Below are positions 12,001 to 27,504 of a DNA stretch of 49,713 bases, in pieces. This DNA comes from Girardia tigrina (Eukaryota), in the NCBI GenBank assembly GCA_001938485.1, contig MQRK01184077.1, positions 66,517 through 116,229 on the forward strand, written 5' to 3'. The position numbers and the translations under genes were made by a program. How positions within the stretch are numbered: position 1 is the first letter of the stretch; the number at the start of each line of letters is the position of its first letter. The notes under the pieces were generated by a model. That model was not told where the DNA came from and did no database searches. It saw only the letters and a program-made list of their open reading frames with translations.

Positions 12001-15000
12001 AATCAGAAAAAAATATTTTAATAGGAAGGTTTTTATTATAGTCTTCGAAAAAAGATTATGAAAATTGTGTTTGTTTAACATATAATTGTAAGAATTTAAA
12101 ATTTATAAGATGCATTACGGATAAGGAAAATTCGAATGGAGTTGTTTAATCATTTATGATGTGAATTATAAAAAAAGGATGTAGTGTCGTAGTTTTTTAT
12201 AAGATGTCTAAATGTACATAGATTGAAATTGAATAAAAATAAAAAAGAATATTTTTGTAATAGATATTTTATATATAATTTTTAAAATTGGACTTGTAAT
12301 CCCCGTTAGGACAATAAAATACTAAAAGCAATAAAACTGTGTGGTTTATATTCATTTAGGTTTTGTGATGTCCAGAAAGTAAATAAAGTATTCAATGAAC
12401 GAAAAGAATGTCTAACCTATTTGATTTTATTACATTGTAATGATTACAGTGAAGGAAAATGGTTTAATATTTCTTCCTATAATCAAAGAACTTACAGTTC
12501 ATTTTAAAAGCATCGAAAACTGAGATTAAAGAATATTTAATAGCTCCATATATAAAAATATACATTTGGTAATCCGAAATATATTTTATTACAATTGTTT
12601 GTTAACCCCCTACCACATAAAGTAGCTTCAAAACAACAAACCCATTTTAATATTTTTCCTCAAAGTCCATGTATATAATATATATCTGAAGCAACACAGT
12701 TAAAGCACCTGCCAATAATGTATGCGGAGGTAATATTTTTGCTTGCCTATACTGATAGCTGAAACAAATTTCCTTAATTAATTTGTCTGAGCTATACATA
12801 TGCGAGATCCAATTTGGAAGTAATTTATTTTCGAAAATATTCATTATTGTGGAAAATAAAAGATCAATACCAGTTTTTAAGTCTTTATTGACCCCGTGAC
12901 GGTTGAAAATATAATTCCCAAAAAACCTCTAGAAATATTAGGTTGTTTAAAATATAATGTCGTTTTTAACCTTAATCTTTAAATATCTCAGTGTAGAATC
13001 AACTTTATTAATAGAAATAAAAACCGTAAGCATCAAGACACTTTTGCCAACGTTGCACAAGTTTATTTATTCCGGTTGCATAAAATTCTGGCTTTATGGA
13101 GGCGATAAAATCGTTGAAGGCAGTTTTACGATCCCCTTGATTTTTGAAGTATTTCTCCTGGAGGAAAATGTCAAGATGTTTGAAAAAGTGATAATCAGTA
13201 GGCGAGAGATCAGGTGAGTATTGTGGATGACTCAAAGTTTCGTAGTCAAGTTCGTTCAACACTTACATTGTCAAACGAGAGATGTGTGGCCGAGCGTTGT
13301 TGTGGAGAAGAATAGGCCCCTTCCTATTGACTAATACTTGTTGTTGGAGTTTCTGGTTCATTTTGACAATTTCCTGACAGTATCTCTCTGCCGTAATTGT
13401 TTCTCCTGGATTTAGGAAGCTATGATGAATAACACCGGCTGCAGACCACCAAGCAGTCGCCATCATCTTTTTTAGTACAACTTCAGCCTCGGAAAGGGTT
13501 GCTTGATCGTGGTCCGACCATTGAGAAGAATGTCTCCGAATGTTGTAGAGAATCCACTTTTCATCACATGTTACAATTCGGTCCAGAAAGTTGTACTTAT
13601 TCCACAGAAGAAGTGAAGACGATGCCTCCAAACAACGCATTTTTTGATTGTAATTTAATTCGTATGGAATCCATTTATTCAGTTTTTTCGACTTCCCAAT
13701 GTCACACAGATGGTTTGAAATTGTTCTTATAACGACACCTAGTTCCTCCACAAGCTCTCTAACTGTTGTGCGGGGATTTGATTCTACTAGAGTCTTCAAA
13801 TTTTAATTTTCAATAGCAGGTTTCCGTCCACAACCATCATCATCTTTAAGGGTCTCATCTCCTTCTTGAAATTTTTTGAACCAACGTTGTAACATACTTT
13901 CGTTTGTGGTTCCATCGCCCAATGCACCGTTGATATTATGGGCGGTCTCCGATGCTTTGTGGCCAAGTTTGAATTCATATAAAAATTACTCGTAATTACG
14001 CTTTTTGCATATTGACAACTATTTAAATAAACACGTTATTTTAAAGTTAATATTTAAACAAAGTATCATAGAAATATAAAGTTTTTCATAAGCTTTAAAA
14101 TTATGTATAAAACATAAATAAATGATAAAGATTTATTTCAAAACATGATCAAAAAGCAGGACCATTCGAAAAACGACATTATTTTTTAACAACCTAATAA
14201 AATTGCAGTGTTAAAATAAAGTGAATTATTTGGGATAAAATTTGAAACGTTGATTTAAATAAATTTTTAATATTATATTACTGTTTTGAGATCTCATAAG
14301 TGTTAGGAATATTTTAAAATTGATATGTTGATATTGATATGTTGAATTTATATGCTGTATTTGTAAATGTGTTTCTCCCACCCAGATGGAAAATTGGTAT
14401 TATGGATGTTCGTGATGAATGGTTATTCGAGCATAGTTTGCATTTTAAATTACTGTTGAAGAATTTTAAATTACAACCGAAGATATTAAAAATCTTCAAA
14501 ATATTAAATCGTTTAAATTTTCAATATTAAAAATTTTAATAAAGTAAATAACTTTTAAATTATTTTTAAATTGATTAAATAAATGCTTTTCTTTAAATAA
14601 AATCATTTTGAAAATTAAATTAATATTTAGATAAATTTATTGCCGAAATTATAAAAGTAGAACTTTAAAAATAAAATCTGAAAATCATTTAAAATGAAAA
14701 TTTGTTCGAATAATTGTTTATTAACAAGACATTAACAAAAATTTATCAATTTAGCAAGATGTCAAATTATGAAAGCTTGGCTGAGAATTGTCCCAAAGAC
14801 AATTCAAATTGTGATGAAAATAAATGTGTGAAAACTCATATTGGTGTTCTTAATAATAAGAAACAGAAAATATTTATGTGATGAGTGTCGTTGCTAACAG
14901 GTTTACTTTTTAAAATGCATTAATCACGTTATCGAATTCTGAGATTTTTGGTTATCATATTGTAATTTTTAACATCAAAAATGATTTTTTTAATAAATTT

Positions 15001-18000
15001 TTGAAGTTAATATTAACATTCGGGGGAAATGTAAAGAGCATTCGTTTATACTATCTTAAATGTTCAATGTCTAAGGGTCCCAGAAGGCCTCTATTAAATA
15101 CTTGTTTTGTTGGGAATGTTAAACTATTTCCAAAACATTTATCAGATATTTATCATCATTTTAAAAAACATAATAAATAAAATGTATTTTTATTTCATTG
15201 AAAATTTAAGAATGGGTAAGTTATATTTTTATTTGATGTTATAAAATATTCAGTGTAATATTATATATCATATAATAAATTAATACCAGTTTATCCTCAA
15301 TGTTCGGCTTGATTTTCAAATAACGTGCCTATTGTGCATTTTCAAGGCACAATATGGGACTGGTAGCAATGGTAAATTATATATTATTATTACTATTATG
15401 TATCAATTAGCTGCACTTTATCCACGGCTTATGCTCCTAAATTATCAATATACATTGGAAAGATAATTAATGCAATAAATATACAATTTATTCAAAAAGA
15501 TTTGAAGATTGATTGATAAAATATGATTGCTTTTATGTTATTATCTTTATTATCTTTATGGCTAACATTAAATATTAAATACATTTTATGAATTATTCAT
15601 TTTACTCAGTAAAGTGATTTTATATGTTTACTATTTGCAAATATTCTTAATTTTATTTTTATTTATGGTTGATTACTTTTTTACAAACAAAATTTTACTT
15701 CAGAAGTTAATGTTCACGGAAAAAAGTCTTCGTAATGTATATTTTTCTAATTATTAATATATTTATTTTAAAATATAAAATTAATTTCCAAAATTTTATT
15801 CCAATGGAATCTTAATTAATTAATAAACATCTTTCACACAAGAGCACTATCAGCACTTATCTCGGATCGTAATGTTGAATTTGAAATTACTTCTTACTTG
15901 GGAAACACCGAATTTCTTCTACTTCATGATTTGATAATATTAACCTTGGGATTTTGATAACTTTTAAAGGATCACTTACTTCAAAATTAAAAACACTTTT
16001 GTATGAAATGAGATTTCTACTTTATCCTATTCTCTAGTTGAGACAGAGTGATAAATTCAAGACAAAAAAACAAAGTAGAAATATTATTCTACTCATCTAT
16101 GGAGTGGATTTATCAAAACCCAAACTGATATATAATATAAAATAGAATTCTGTCTTGATTGAAGAGAATGGTTGTTGAAGAGGAACTAAGGAAGTTAAGT
16201 CTTAATGGAAACTGTTGGAATTTGTTTTTGCATAAATATTTCAATATTTCCTTAATACTTTTTGAAACCAAAGATTTTTTTATATTCCTATTGGTAGTGC
16301 TTGGTTTTATATTTTAGAAATTGATAAGTAGTCATATGAATAAATTATATAAGGGATATATAGAGGATATTAACTAGAAGCTTTGGATTTAATACATGAG
16401 AATGTACTTTACAAAAATAAACTTTTTTACGAGATCCCAATTCTGACTTTCCGCAAGTTGTTCTATTAAACATTATTGTTTTATTTATTTTCACTTACTA
16501 ATTTTTTTGGATGTAAAAATGATGTTGTAAACTTTTATTGCACTTTTTGTATACTTTTTCATCTTAAGTTTAAAAGATTATGTGCGATATTTTAAAAGGT
16601 TTTCATCAAACATACTATGTGTTCTTGTTCATTAGTGACTCAGTTTAAATATCTGATAATCTAATATTTAATAATCTCATGAAGTGTCATATATGTATGC
16701 ATCTATATAAACGGTTTAGTTTTTTATTATTATTATCTCATTACAATTCCTTTTTCACATTTTTCAGAAAAACTCATTTAAACAACCGAGAACTCAACAT
16801 TAGTCCCTAATAAAATGTTTTTACAGCAAGACTCTAAACTAAGTCCTTGACAGTTTTCATAATAATCTTCAGCATATGACAGTGGCCTTTAATTTGTTTA
16901 AATACACATGACAATATTAATTTGATAAACTATGAAACCTTTCAACTATTTTTGTGAATCTCTAATTCCGAATTTCTTATGCAAATTTTATTTTATAGAT
17001 ATAAGTTGAGAACTTCATAAATCTTGAAAATGAGGACTTTGTTAGGGTTTATTCAGTAACTTTGATTCCAATGTCACAATTGGATAAGTTTTTACTTACT
17101 ACATGATTTTAAAAAATGCACACGAATTGGAAAACTATGAAAAAACCAGTGGAAAACAATTTATTAATCTTAAATGTAGAAAAATTCGTTTTTCTTAAAG
17201 TAGTCAATATACACTAAAAGTACCGAAAGATTCCAGATATTCGATGGAAGGATTAGTCGAACTTCGTATTTTCAAACTTTTCTGTATTAAAATCTCCTTT
17301 ATTTTATTAGAATTGTTAAATTAAATTGCGAATAATTAATTTAATTAACATTTTAAAAGCTTAATAAATTTTAAGACTTAAAATTTCGAAAATCGTTAAA
17401 ATTGAAAAAAAACGAAAAAGAATATATTCAACTTTTGCTTTTAATTTACTAACCTTCAGCATATTTCTAATGTTCAAGAGTCATTCTATATTTACATTTT
17501 AAGCAGATCACAAAGAAAGACTTAAGAAATTATTTCTGTATTATATAAACTTAAATATGGAATGACTTATTAAATTAATTTATTTTTTTATAATTTATAC
17601 ATTATTATTTATTCTAGAAATTGATATGGCTAAAATATGTCAGCAAGCAGAAAATATTTTTTCTGAAAAGTATTTATCAATACACATTGATATATTTATC
17701 TAAGTATTACAGAGATAATCTTTATGAAATAGATCTAGATGGTGAAGGTGGACAAGTCTTTCTAAGAGTTTTATTGAATCTTATAATGAATAAATATCCT
17801 GCTGTCGTCAGTGGGGCTCTTCAAATGTTATTTCGTCACTTCAATCAACGACAAGAAGTTCTTCAAACCTTTAGACAGGTTCTTAACCATTTTTTAAGGT
17901 ATTCAATTTGAACCAAAATTTCAGGTTCAACTCCTTGTGTCAACTAGTGATGTCGAAAATTACCGACAGATTAAAACGGATCTTGATGCATTGCGTTTAC

Positions 18001-20124
18001 TGGTGGAGAAATCCGAATTGTGGGTTTATAAAAATAAATTATCGATGGACAAGAAAAAGAAAGAGAATAATAATTCTGAAGATCAAGTAAATTTTATTTA
18101 ATTTAAATTTATTTTAAATTTTATTATTATACTATTTCTATGCTTGAATTTGCTTTACTTAAAGCGAACTTGTTATTCTATTCCTAGAACCACAGAAGAA
18201 CAATCTGAAATCGATAATTTACGGACAATAAATATTCTGTTGTAAAATTTAAAAATTATTTGTCTAAACATTACTTCTTTATGAAGAGATCGTACTAGTA
18301 TCATTTTTATATTAGTCTAACAAAAGTTTGTGAAGATAACATTTTATTATCCCCTAAACTAATATTCACAGTAAAACAGTTTTTCAGAACTTTTGTAACT
18401 TTTAATTGATGTAATATTACTGAATATTGAAAATGATACATAATTTTCTGTCCCTCATTACTTAGCTCGTGTTCTTTTTAAATGCTTATATTACTTCACA
18501 ATATATATATATATATATATAAAATTATGTTCTAAAATTTAACCATTTCCAAATTATTAAAATTTGTCAGCGAAAGAAAATTAACTAACGTTTCATATTA
18601 CAAATTCTAGTTTCATGCATTATTAAAAATTCGTGCAATTGACTAAAAAATCGAGGCACCATTGTTTTTCACTCCTACACCAGCAATGAAACATCAGAAT
18701 TCAAGGTCTTCAGAAAAGTATTTCTGAGTCAGTTAAAAGAATATTGACATCTGACAAGGAGATATTCCAAGCATCTTTGGACAGTGACAACAAAACATTA
18801 ATTACACGCCAATATCACTCTAAAGACGATACGCCGGAGATCATAGAAATTTTCAGTTCCTTATGCAGCTAAACTAGTGAATTGTCAGCTTCAGTTGGCA
18901 CGCAAAGAAAAGATAACAACTAAGGATGCAACTACTTCATCTAATTGTTCTACTCAACATATATTTTACCATGTGGATATATCTTTAAATTTTGAGTCTT
19001 AAATAATTTCTCAACACTTTCAACATCAAATAATAAAAATGAAACCATAAAAATTAATATCTGTTTTCTCTAGAAAAATAAGTTATACATTTTACTATAG
19101 CTTGATTGTTTTAATATAATTTATTTATAATTTTTAGCAGCTTTCTGGGAATGTTTGACGCGTCAATGTGTTAAGTAAATATTTGGAGGGGTACTGAAAT
19201 TTAGATTACATCGATAAATCAGAATATAATCATAAAATGTGTACTATTTGATAACTTAATCCATTAATCAAACCATAACTTCGTAAGCACACTTTTAATC
19301 TCGGATTTATTGAGATCTATTTACCTCTATCTATATTCATATCACATTTCGGTGATGGAAAGTAGCGAAAATCTATTATGGAATTGTTAATTAAGTACTA
19401 TCCCGATATGTCATAATAATTAGGCCCATTTAAATTTTAATTGACGACTTCATGACCTCTAATCGCTGATAATCCGTAATGGATAGATCCATATAACAAA
19501 ATATTATATCAAGTGAATGTTAATTAATTAATAATATTATTAATAAAAAAATTTTTTTATAAAAACAACCACGTTTTTCAAGCATTACCAATGCACTAAA
19601 AAGAGGAAAATAATTTTTTTCTAGACATGTGAGAAATTTTANNNNNNNNNNNNNNNNNNNNNNNNNNNNNNNNNNNNNNNNNNNNNNNNNNTTAACTATT
19701 TTTAGTTATCATTTAGGAATTTTTTTTTCAAAATTTTTTTTATCAAATTGTATTGTCATCGGAAGTAAGCCTGTATAAAACTTCATTCATGAAAATAAAC
19801 GAAAAGATTGATATTTAATACAGTGTATAAATTTGTAGATAATCGTAAGTGGTTTTTTGCATAAAAAATTAGAAAAAAATTATTTTTTTCAAAATTTTTT
19901 TTATCAAATTGTATTGTCATTGGAAGCAAGCCTGTATAAAAAAAATCAGCTCAATTGGATGACTGAAAGTGGTCGAAAAATCAATCGCAAGATTTGTTCC
20001 AGACAGACAAGAAAGCAAGCTAATAAAAACGTGGTAAAAATTATATTGATCTAGTTCAACAAAGATTTCTCACAAATTAAAATAGAGTAAGGTAATTAAC
20101 GAAAATTCATTCAACAATTACAAG

Positions 20125-20160
<36 letters not shown>

Positions 20161-23100
20161 TATAGACAATGGATTTAATGTCTTTTTATTTCATTATTTT
20201 AAGACATATAAGTTACAAATAAGATAATTATGAATCACTAAATGTGACCTGAGTACGTCGACCTATTACAATAAAAAAATCATAACATAAGTGAAAGATA
20301 TACGGTTCACTACTGATCTAAGAAAGCATATGAACAAAACATATATGAACAAATCAGTTGTTTAATGTGTATGTCTCTTTTTCCTTCCTGTGTAATTGTA
20401 AATGATGATTTATTATTCTCCCTATTTGTTTATTTTTCCTTGTATAAAAATATTTTTTAATATTCTATTCTACTATATTGTGTCTTGCATTTTTTATTTC
20501 TTTATGTAAAATTTCTTTTTAAAATCTTTTTTCAGACAAAAATAGATGCATGTAACAAATATAAAAATTCAGTCGCAGTAAGATCATTAAAATTTAAATT
20601 AATTAGACAAATTATTTCCGCTTAGGCTTTAGCTATTGGTTTTGAATCTGCAATAGAACTTGATCTTGGGCCCAAAATTGAAGAGAGTTGCCATAAAAAT
20701 TATGTTACAATTAAAGAGGTAGTAAAACTTCCCTTATCATTTACTCTCATTGTATATGTTAACCAATCTTTCAGATTCTCGAGCGATTAATTCGGCTGTG
20801 CGAGTCACCAGATCTGAAAGCTCGTAAACACGAGCAAAGGTTGTTGAAAAACATGGGCGCACATAATGTTATTATCGATTTGTTACAAATTCCATTTGAT
20901 AAAGTTTCCTATATTTTTTCTTTGAATCTATTGACATTGAACATTTAGAAAAATGATGTGAAAATGCAGGAAATATTGGGACTCGCTCACACATTTCTTC
21001 AAAAATTTTGTTGTGGAAATGAGTCTAATCAATTGGTTTTGCATAGCTTCCATGATCTCTTTCTCACTCCAGGAGTATGTTTGATATTTTATTTTCATAC
21101 ATTCACAAAAATCTTTTTTTATTAATACTAATGATTACCTTTTCTCAAAATTTAGCACTTATACTGTTCAAGTGATTTTGTCTTTTGCGTAAGTAAGCAT
21201 GTTATTTATGCTAGTTATGTGATATGTGATGCAGATTCATTTGATCGGTGTTCTATTAATCGTTTTATCAATGTTATGTTTGAATGTCCATCGTGTTTGT
21301 CTGGAAACCTTGTACAAACTTAATTTCATTTCATAATATTATTTATTTATTAATCATATTTAATTTTCAATTTTTTGAAATTTCATTATACGCTTATCAT
21401 TTATCCGACATTCCAATTTCGCCAAACCTTTCTTTTTAGTAATAATTTAATTAAATACTTAATCATCGATATATGCAAGTCTTTGGATCCGTCTACATAA
21501 TTAATGATCTGAATAATTAAAAAATAAAATTGATTGAAAAAAACAGAAATTACGAAGAAATTTCAGGTAAGAAGCTTGCTTAGCTTTTACTTGAATGTAC
21601 GTGAGTTAAAATGTTTACATCATTAGAAATCTTTAAAAGAGGGGAAAATGACTAAAGTAAATTAATTCAGTTTACATCTCAATAATTAGGTATTAATCCC
21701 TTTCATTTAAATAAGCTTTTCAAAAATTAACGTTTTTATTAAATAATATGGACGTAAATAATAAAACAAAAATAATATAACAAAATAATATAACTTAAAT
21801 AATATAATTATATAATATAACAAATTTAATTTTTAAATTAAATAAATAATAAAAATAATATATAATATAATATAATAATATATAATTATTATATTATTTA
21901 TTATTATTATTATATTATTTTTTATTAAAAAAAATAATATATAATATTATTATAATAATATATAATAATATAATAAATAATATAACAAACACTATTTGAA
22001 CAAATGAAGAAACATCTGAAGTGGAAGAATTTCTTCAAGAATATAACATACATGAAAATAATAATTACCAAAAGGGAAAAGTATTTATGGCAAAATCTAT
22101 AGAATATGTCATAAGAAATCAATAATATAAAAATGACATTGCGCACAAATCGTTATAGGAGAAACAATTGGATTGAAAAAAATCAGATAAAGTAAACAAC
22201 AAAGAATTAGCATTCAAGAAATGTCTACCACGATCAGATGTTTCGATTTGATGTCAACAACACAGATTTTTCAAGTAACAAAAGAAAAGATAATGGACAA
22301 TATCAAATTATATAGATCCTAAGTGCTTTATTGATGATAGGAGTAAATAGGGATATTCAGTGTTAGATGTGTTTCGAACATCTTCCACGTTATCGATATT
22401 AAAAGACGACATCTGTTTTCAAGTTTTTATTTATCCAAAAAATGTACTAATACTCTCTATTTAAACAAATTTAATCAAAATTAAATTCATTTATGTTTTT
22501 TTAATTTTGAGAAACTATTTTTTTTCATAAATCTCAAACCGGTATAATAAAAATAAATATAGTATTAATAATTCATTTTACTTTTTCTTTAATTTCCGAC
22601 AATTAAATAATTTTATTTACCTTTAATAAACTTACTAAATTTTATCATACTTAACATAAATTTTATTTAGTTCTTGATTTTTTAAATCTAAAATTCTACT
22701 TTTAATTCAAATATTATTTCAAAATTTTTAAAAACATTTTCTAAAAATTCCATGCACTCACTTTACACTTGATGAATTGCGATCTGAGGTTAATGGTCGA
22801 CTATTTTACAAATACGTAATATTACCGTGTTTCGCAAAATATAAGACACACTAACTACAGATTTATGGCAAATTTTTAAAGTTTTTTTAATAAATTAAAT
22901 TAAAATTATTTAAAAATTAAATTTTTAAAATCAATTTTGTTTAAATAAAAACATTTATTATTTTTTAAATAATTTAAATCATCCATTATGAAAAGGAAAA
23001 GTTATACAATTAATTTCAAAATTAGTGTCCTTAAAGAATCAAGAAACAAGAATTTGACGGAATATTGTAAAGAAAAGAAGTTGGACCTGCGACTTGTTCG

Positions 23101-26100
23101 GAAATGGCGAGCAGATCTCAAATATATACTCCTAGAGGATATGCAAAGGAAAGGAAGGAGTAGATAGGTGGTTGCAGGGAGGAAACCTGAATTTAGCGAA
23201 TTGGAAGATGACATGTTTAATTGGATTTGGCTCGAAGAGAGGCCAATTTCGCAGTCCAGAGATCAGATGTCCAGGAGGTCGCCCTTAATATTGCAAATGA
23301 ACATGCGATTTCCTCCGATAACTTCAAAGCCTCCAACAAATGACTTGATGGGTTTCTTAGTAGATTTAACCTTAGCATTAGGCGATCAACTTCTCTTTTT
23401 AAAATTGAAAATACTGAGATCATCCTCCGTGTAGCTGAGTACAAACAATTTATTGACGGTATTGAATTTACTAGCTACAAATTGACGAATATTGTAGCTA
23501 TGGATGAAACTGTTGTTTACTTAGGTCAGTCTGCTGAAACCACAATAAACTTAAAAGGTGCCACCTCGGTCTATGTTCCATCTACCGGTTATGAAAGCAC
23601 TAGAATAACCTGTATTTTGGATATAAGAATGGATGTTTCGAAAGTAGCCCCATGTATTATTACTAAAGGAACTAAGGAGACAATAGAGAAGGTTAATGGA
23701 GTCTACATCATCAAAAGTCCAAAAGCATGGTGTACCCAAGATGTCATTAAAATGGATTGACATCACTTTTCCTTTAGTTCTCATTTGTGGTAGAAAAGGA
23801 CTTCTTATTTGGGATTCTGCTAGTACACATAGAGCGCCAGCGATGAAAGAGTTTTTAAGAGGAAGGAAAATTGATCAGGTTATGATTCCCTCAGGTATGA
23901 CGGCTTACAATCATTAGATTTGACTGAATACTGAGTTTTCATAGAATATTGAGAGAAATAAGTACGTGGGAAATCTAATAATTTCTAGTTTTTCCTTTAT
24001 TTACCTTTCCATTACCTCTTCGGTGTGGTTACAAATTTTAACTACCCAATTTACTAAAGATATTACAACACAGCTGTATTTTATTATCATTAGTGAATTT
24101 TGTGCAACTGATCATAAATAGACTTGTTATTCTTGACGGTGAAACATAACCTTGGTAGCTATATTATCATGATTGTGACCTTGGTTTTTATGTTTTGATC
24201 TTGGCTTTCTCGAACTGACCTCACGGTAAATAAATCTGGTTATTCACATTATTGAAAATATCATACAAAAACCTAATTGGATCATTTTATTAACATTAAA
24301 TAAGGGTTGATTTTTACTTTAAAAATACCATCATGATTCTTGTTGACACAGCAAAAAGACTTGATTAGTGGTTAATGACTAAATAATTATGATTTAAAGA
24401 TGTTCTTCAATCCATCATTAAAGATTATTGTATAAATACATTGGTATTTTGCATTATATAATAATTCTTAGAATTTAATTTACTTTTAATTTGAAATATT
24501 ATTATAAATATATTTTAATTCTTAATTTAATCTTCCTACTTAAAAGTTATTCTTAGATGAATTTTTATTTTTCTTGTCTTTTTTATTATTATTTTCAAAT
24601 ATTAAAAAGGCTCAAAGTTTAAAATTTAATGATTTTTTAAAGGATTTTTTGTTTTATTTTGATTCGTTTTACTTTTACAAATCAACATGTATTCACTGTA
24701 AAAATATTTCTTGTAATTAATCATAAAGAAATTGTATTATTTTATTATACAAATTTATTATTATCAGTTGTGTGAAGCAGAAACCATGTCTGCCATTTAT
24801 AAGGATAATATTCGACTTTGCAACAGCGTTCCGGAGAAGGTAGTACAACATTATGTGAGATGTATAGAAACGCATGGTCATCAAGTTCCATTTATAAAAT
24901 TCCTTCAAACTATTATAAAAGCCCAAGATCAGTATATACGAAAGTGTCAAGATATGGTTATTACTGAAGTAAATATAAATTTATCCTAGGAATTTTATGA
25001 ATTTTTAAAAATTTTAGCTAATAAGTGTTGGGGATGAAGTTTTGGTCTTCTACAACGATGAGCAAAAATTTGAGCATCTAGTCAATATGATGGAATCCCA
25101 GAGAGCTCAACTTTTACTTAATGGACCACTGCAGTATCATATTGAATTGGTGAAATTATTGGCTATGGTTACGGAAGGAAAAAATGTGTATTCAGAAATA
25201 AAATGTCAAAGTTTACTTTCTGTAGAAGACATTTGTAACGTTGTGTGTCACGCCAGCTGCACTGTTCCTGTTAAAGAAGCATATTTAATGTTTCTGTGTC
25301 ATTGTTACATTGATACTGAGGTTGAAATAAAAGACATTTTCAGTTCAAATAGTCCCATGTGGGATCTTTTCAATACATTACTACTTGACATCGCCAAGGT
25401 ATGTACATTTTTATATGAGACTATTAACGTAATTTTAAGATATTTTATAACTTTTGAAACATTTCTTAAAATTGTAATTTATAAAATTTATGAACACTAC
25501 CGAATATGCTTTAATTTGTAATATTTAACTTTTATAATTTGTATGATTTGGAGTCTAAAGCTTTAATAATTCTCAAACATGGGGATCTCGAACATAAGTG
25601 TGGTCGCCGACAGTATAAAGATGGTCGCGCGATAATGAAAAATTACAGGGTGCGGCAGCTATTTGAGAACACGTAATATAGACACCATATCTTTTTGTGT
25701 GTTATAATTACATAATTTTATTTTTGCTGGTAGACATGGCAGAAGCTACTCTTACGANNNNNNNNNNNNNNNNNNNNNNNNNNNNNNNNNNNNNNNNNNN
25801 NNNNNNNNNNNNNNNNNNNNNNNNNNNNNNNNNNNNNNNNNNNNNNNNNNNNNNNNNNNNNNNNNNNNNNNNNNNNNNNNNNNNNNNNNNNNNNNNNNNN
25901 NNNNNNNNNNNNNNNNNNNNNNNNNNNNNNNNNNNNNNNNNNNNNNNNNNNNNNNNNNNNNNNNNNNNNNNNNNNNNNNNNNNNNNNNNNNNNNNNNNNN
26001 NNNNNNNNNNNNNNNNNNNNNNNNNNNNNNNNNNNNNNNNNNNNNNNNNNNNNNNNNNNNNNNNNNNNNNNNNNNNNNNNNNNNNNNNNNNNNNNNNNNN

Positions 26101-27468
26101 NNNNNNNNNNNNNNNNNNNNNNNNNNNNNNNNNNNNNNNNNNNNNNNNNNNNNNNNNNNNNNNNNNNNNNNNNNNNNNNNNNNNNNNNNNNNNNNNNNNN
26201 NNNNNNNNNNNNNNNNNNNNNNNNNNNNNNNNNNNNNNNNNNNNNNNNNNNNNNNNNNNNNNNNNNNNNNNNNNNNNNNNNNNNNNNNNNNNNNNNNNNN
26301 NNNNNNNNNNNNNNNNNNNNNNNNNNNNNNNNNNNNNNNNNNNNNNNNNNNNNNNNNNNNNNNNNNNNNNNNNNNNNNNNNNNNNNNNNNNNNNNNNNNN
26401 NNNNNNNNNNNNNNNNNNNNNNNNNNNNNNNNNNNNNNNNNNNNNNNNNNNNNNNNNNNNNNNNNNNNNNNNNNNNNNNNNNNNNNNNNNNNNNNNNNNN
26501 NNNNNNNNNNNNNNNNNNNNNNNNNNNNNNNNNNNNNNNNNNNNNNNNNNNNNNNNNNNNNNNNNNNNNNNNNNNNNNNNNNNNNNNNNNNNNNNNNNNN
26601 NNNNNNNNNNNNNNNNNNNNNNNNNNNNNNNNNNNNNNNNNNNNNNNNNNNNNNNNNNNNNNNNNNNNNNNNNNNNNNNNNNNNNNNNNNNNNNNNNNNN
26701 NNNNNNNNNNNNNNNNNNNNNNNNNNNCAACACCATTACAGCTCTCAAATCTGCTATAGTGGATGCAATGGCAAACATTCCAAAGACCCATCTAATTACT
26801 GCCTGCAGTCGGTTTCGACGACGTGTAGAGGCCGTTATTGCCGCTAGTGGCGGTTTCATTGAATGTTGTAGTCCTTTATGTACGTGTTAATATATGTAAA
26901 ATTTTAAATTGTAATAAATGTTAAATTTCTGTTGTATATTCATTTTTTGAACTTTATGTCATTTTGTTCTCAAATAGCTGCCGCACCCTGTAAATACTAA
27001 TATGTATAAATTCCAATGTTTATAAAAATTGAAATTTTTACCAGAAAGTTCCTAAAATATTTGAAAACTTTGTTCCTGACAGAAATTATGAAAGAAATTT
27101 GTGTTTTAGTTTTAATGATTAATCAATGTATTTAGTACATGTATAACTTTTTCTTTTAAATAATATGTATATAAAAAATATTTTGACTAAATATTAATGC
27201 AAAAATATAAAAATCAAACATATAGGGTCACGAATTCATTGCCCATTAATTTTTGTGATCGCACTGTCATGGATTTTGAGAAATGCTGCTTTAGACAACA
27301 ATCTTAATTTATAATTTTTAAAAAAATTACGGTATCGATTTGAAGTTATTATTGACCTTGTCTAATATTTCGTATGTGCTCATAAAATTGCAGAATTTCA
27401 TTACTTTTTATTAATTTATAATTAATTTCAGTACTTTTCATTAAACTTATAAATTATTATTATTATAC

Positions 27469-27504
<36 letters not shown>

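Noticed and set aside
18188-18240. Possible extra ITPR micro-exon after ttcctag
   Set aside because: The required phase-0 frame hits TGA after six codons and there is no good donor.
21990-22440. Coding-like A-rich stretch with IYGKIYRI (GIY-YIG-like)
   Set aside because: No second motif and many stops; cannot be assigned.
25697-26890. 350-400 aa ORFs on both strands
   Set aside because: Artefacts of the N run; only the + strand ends are transposase-like.
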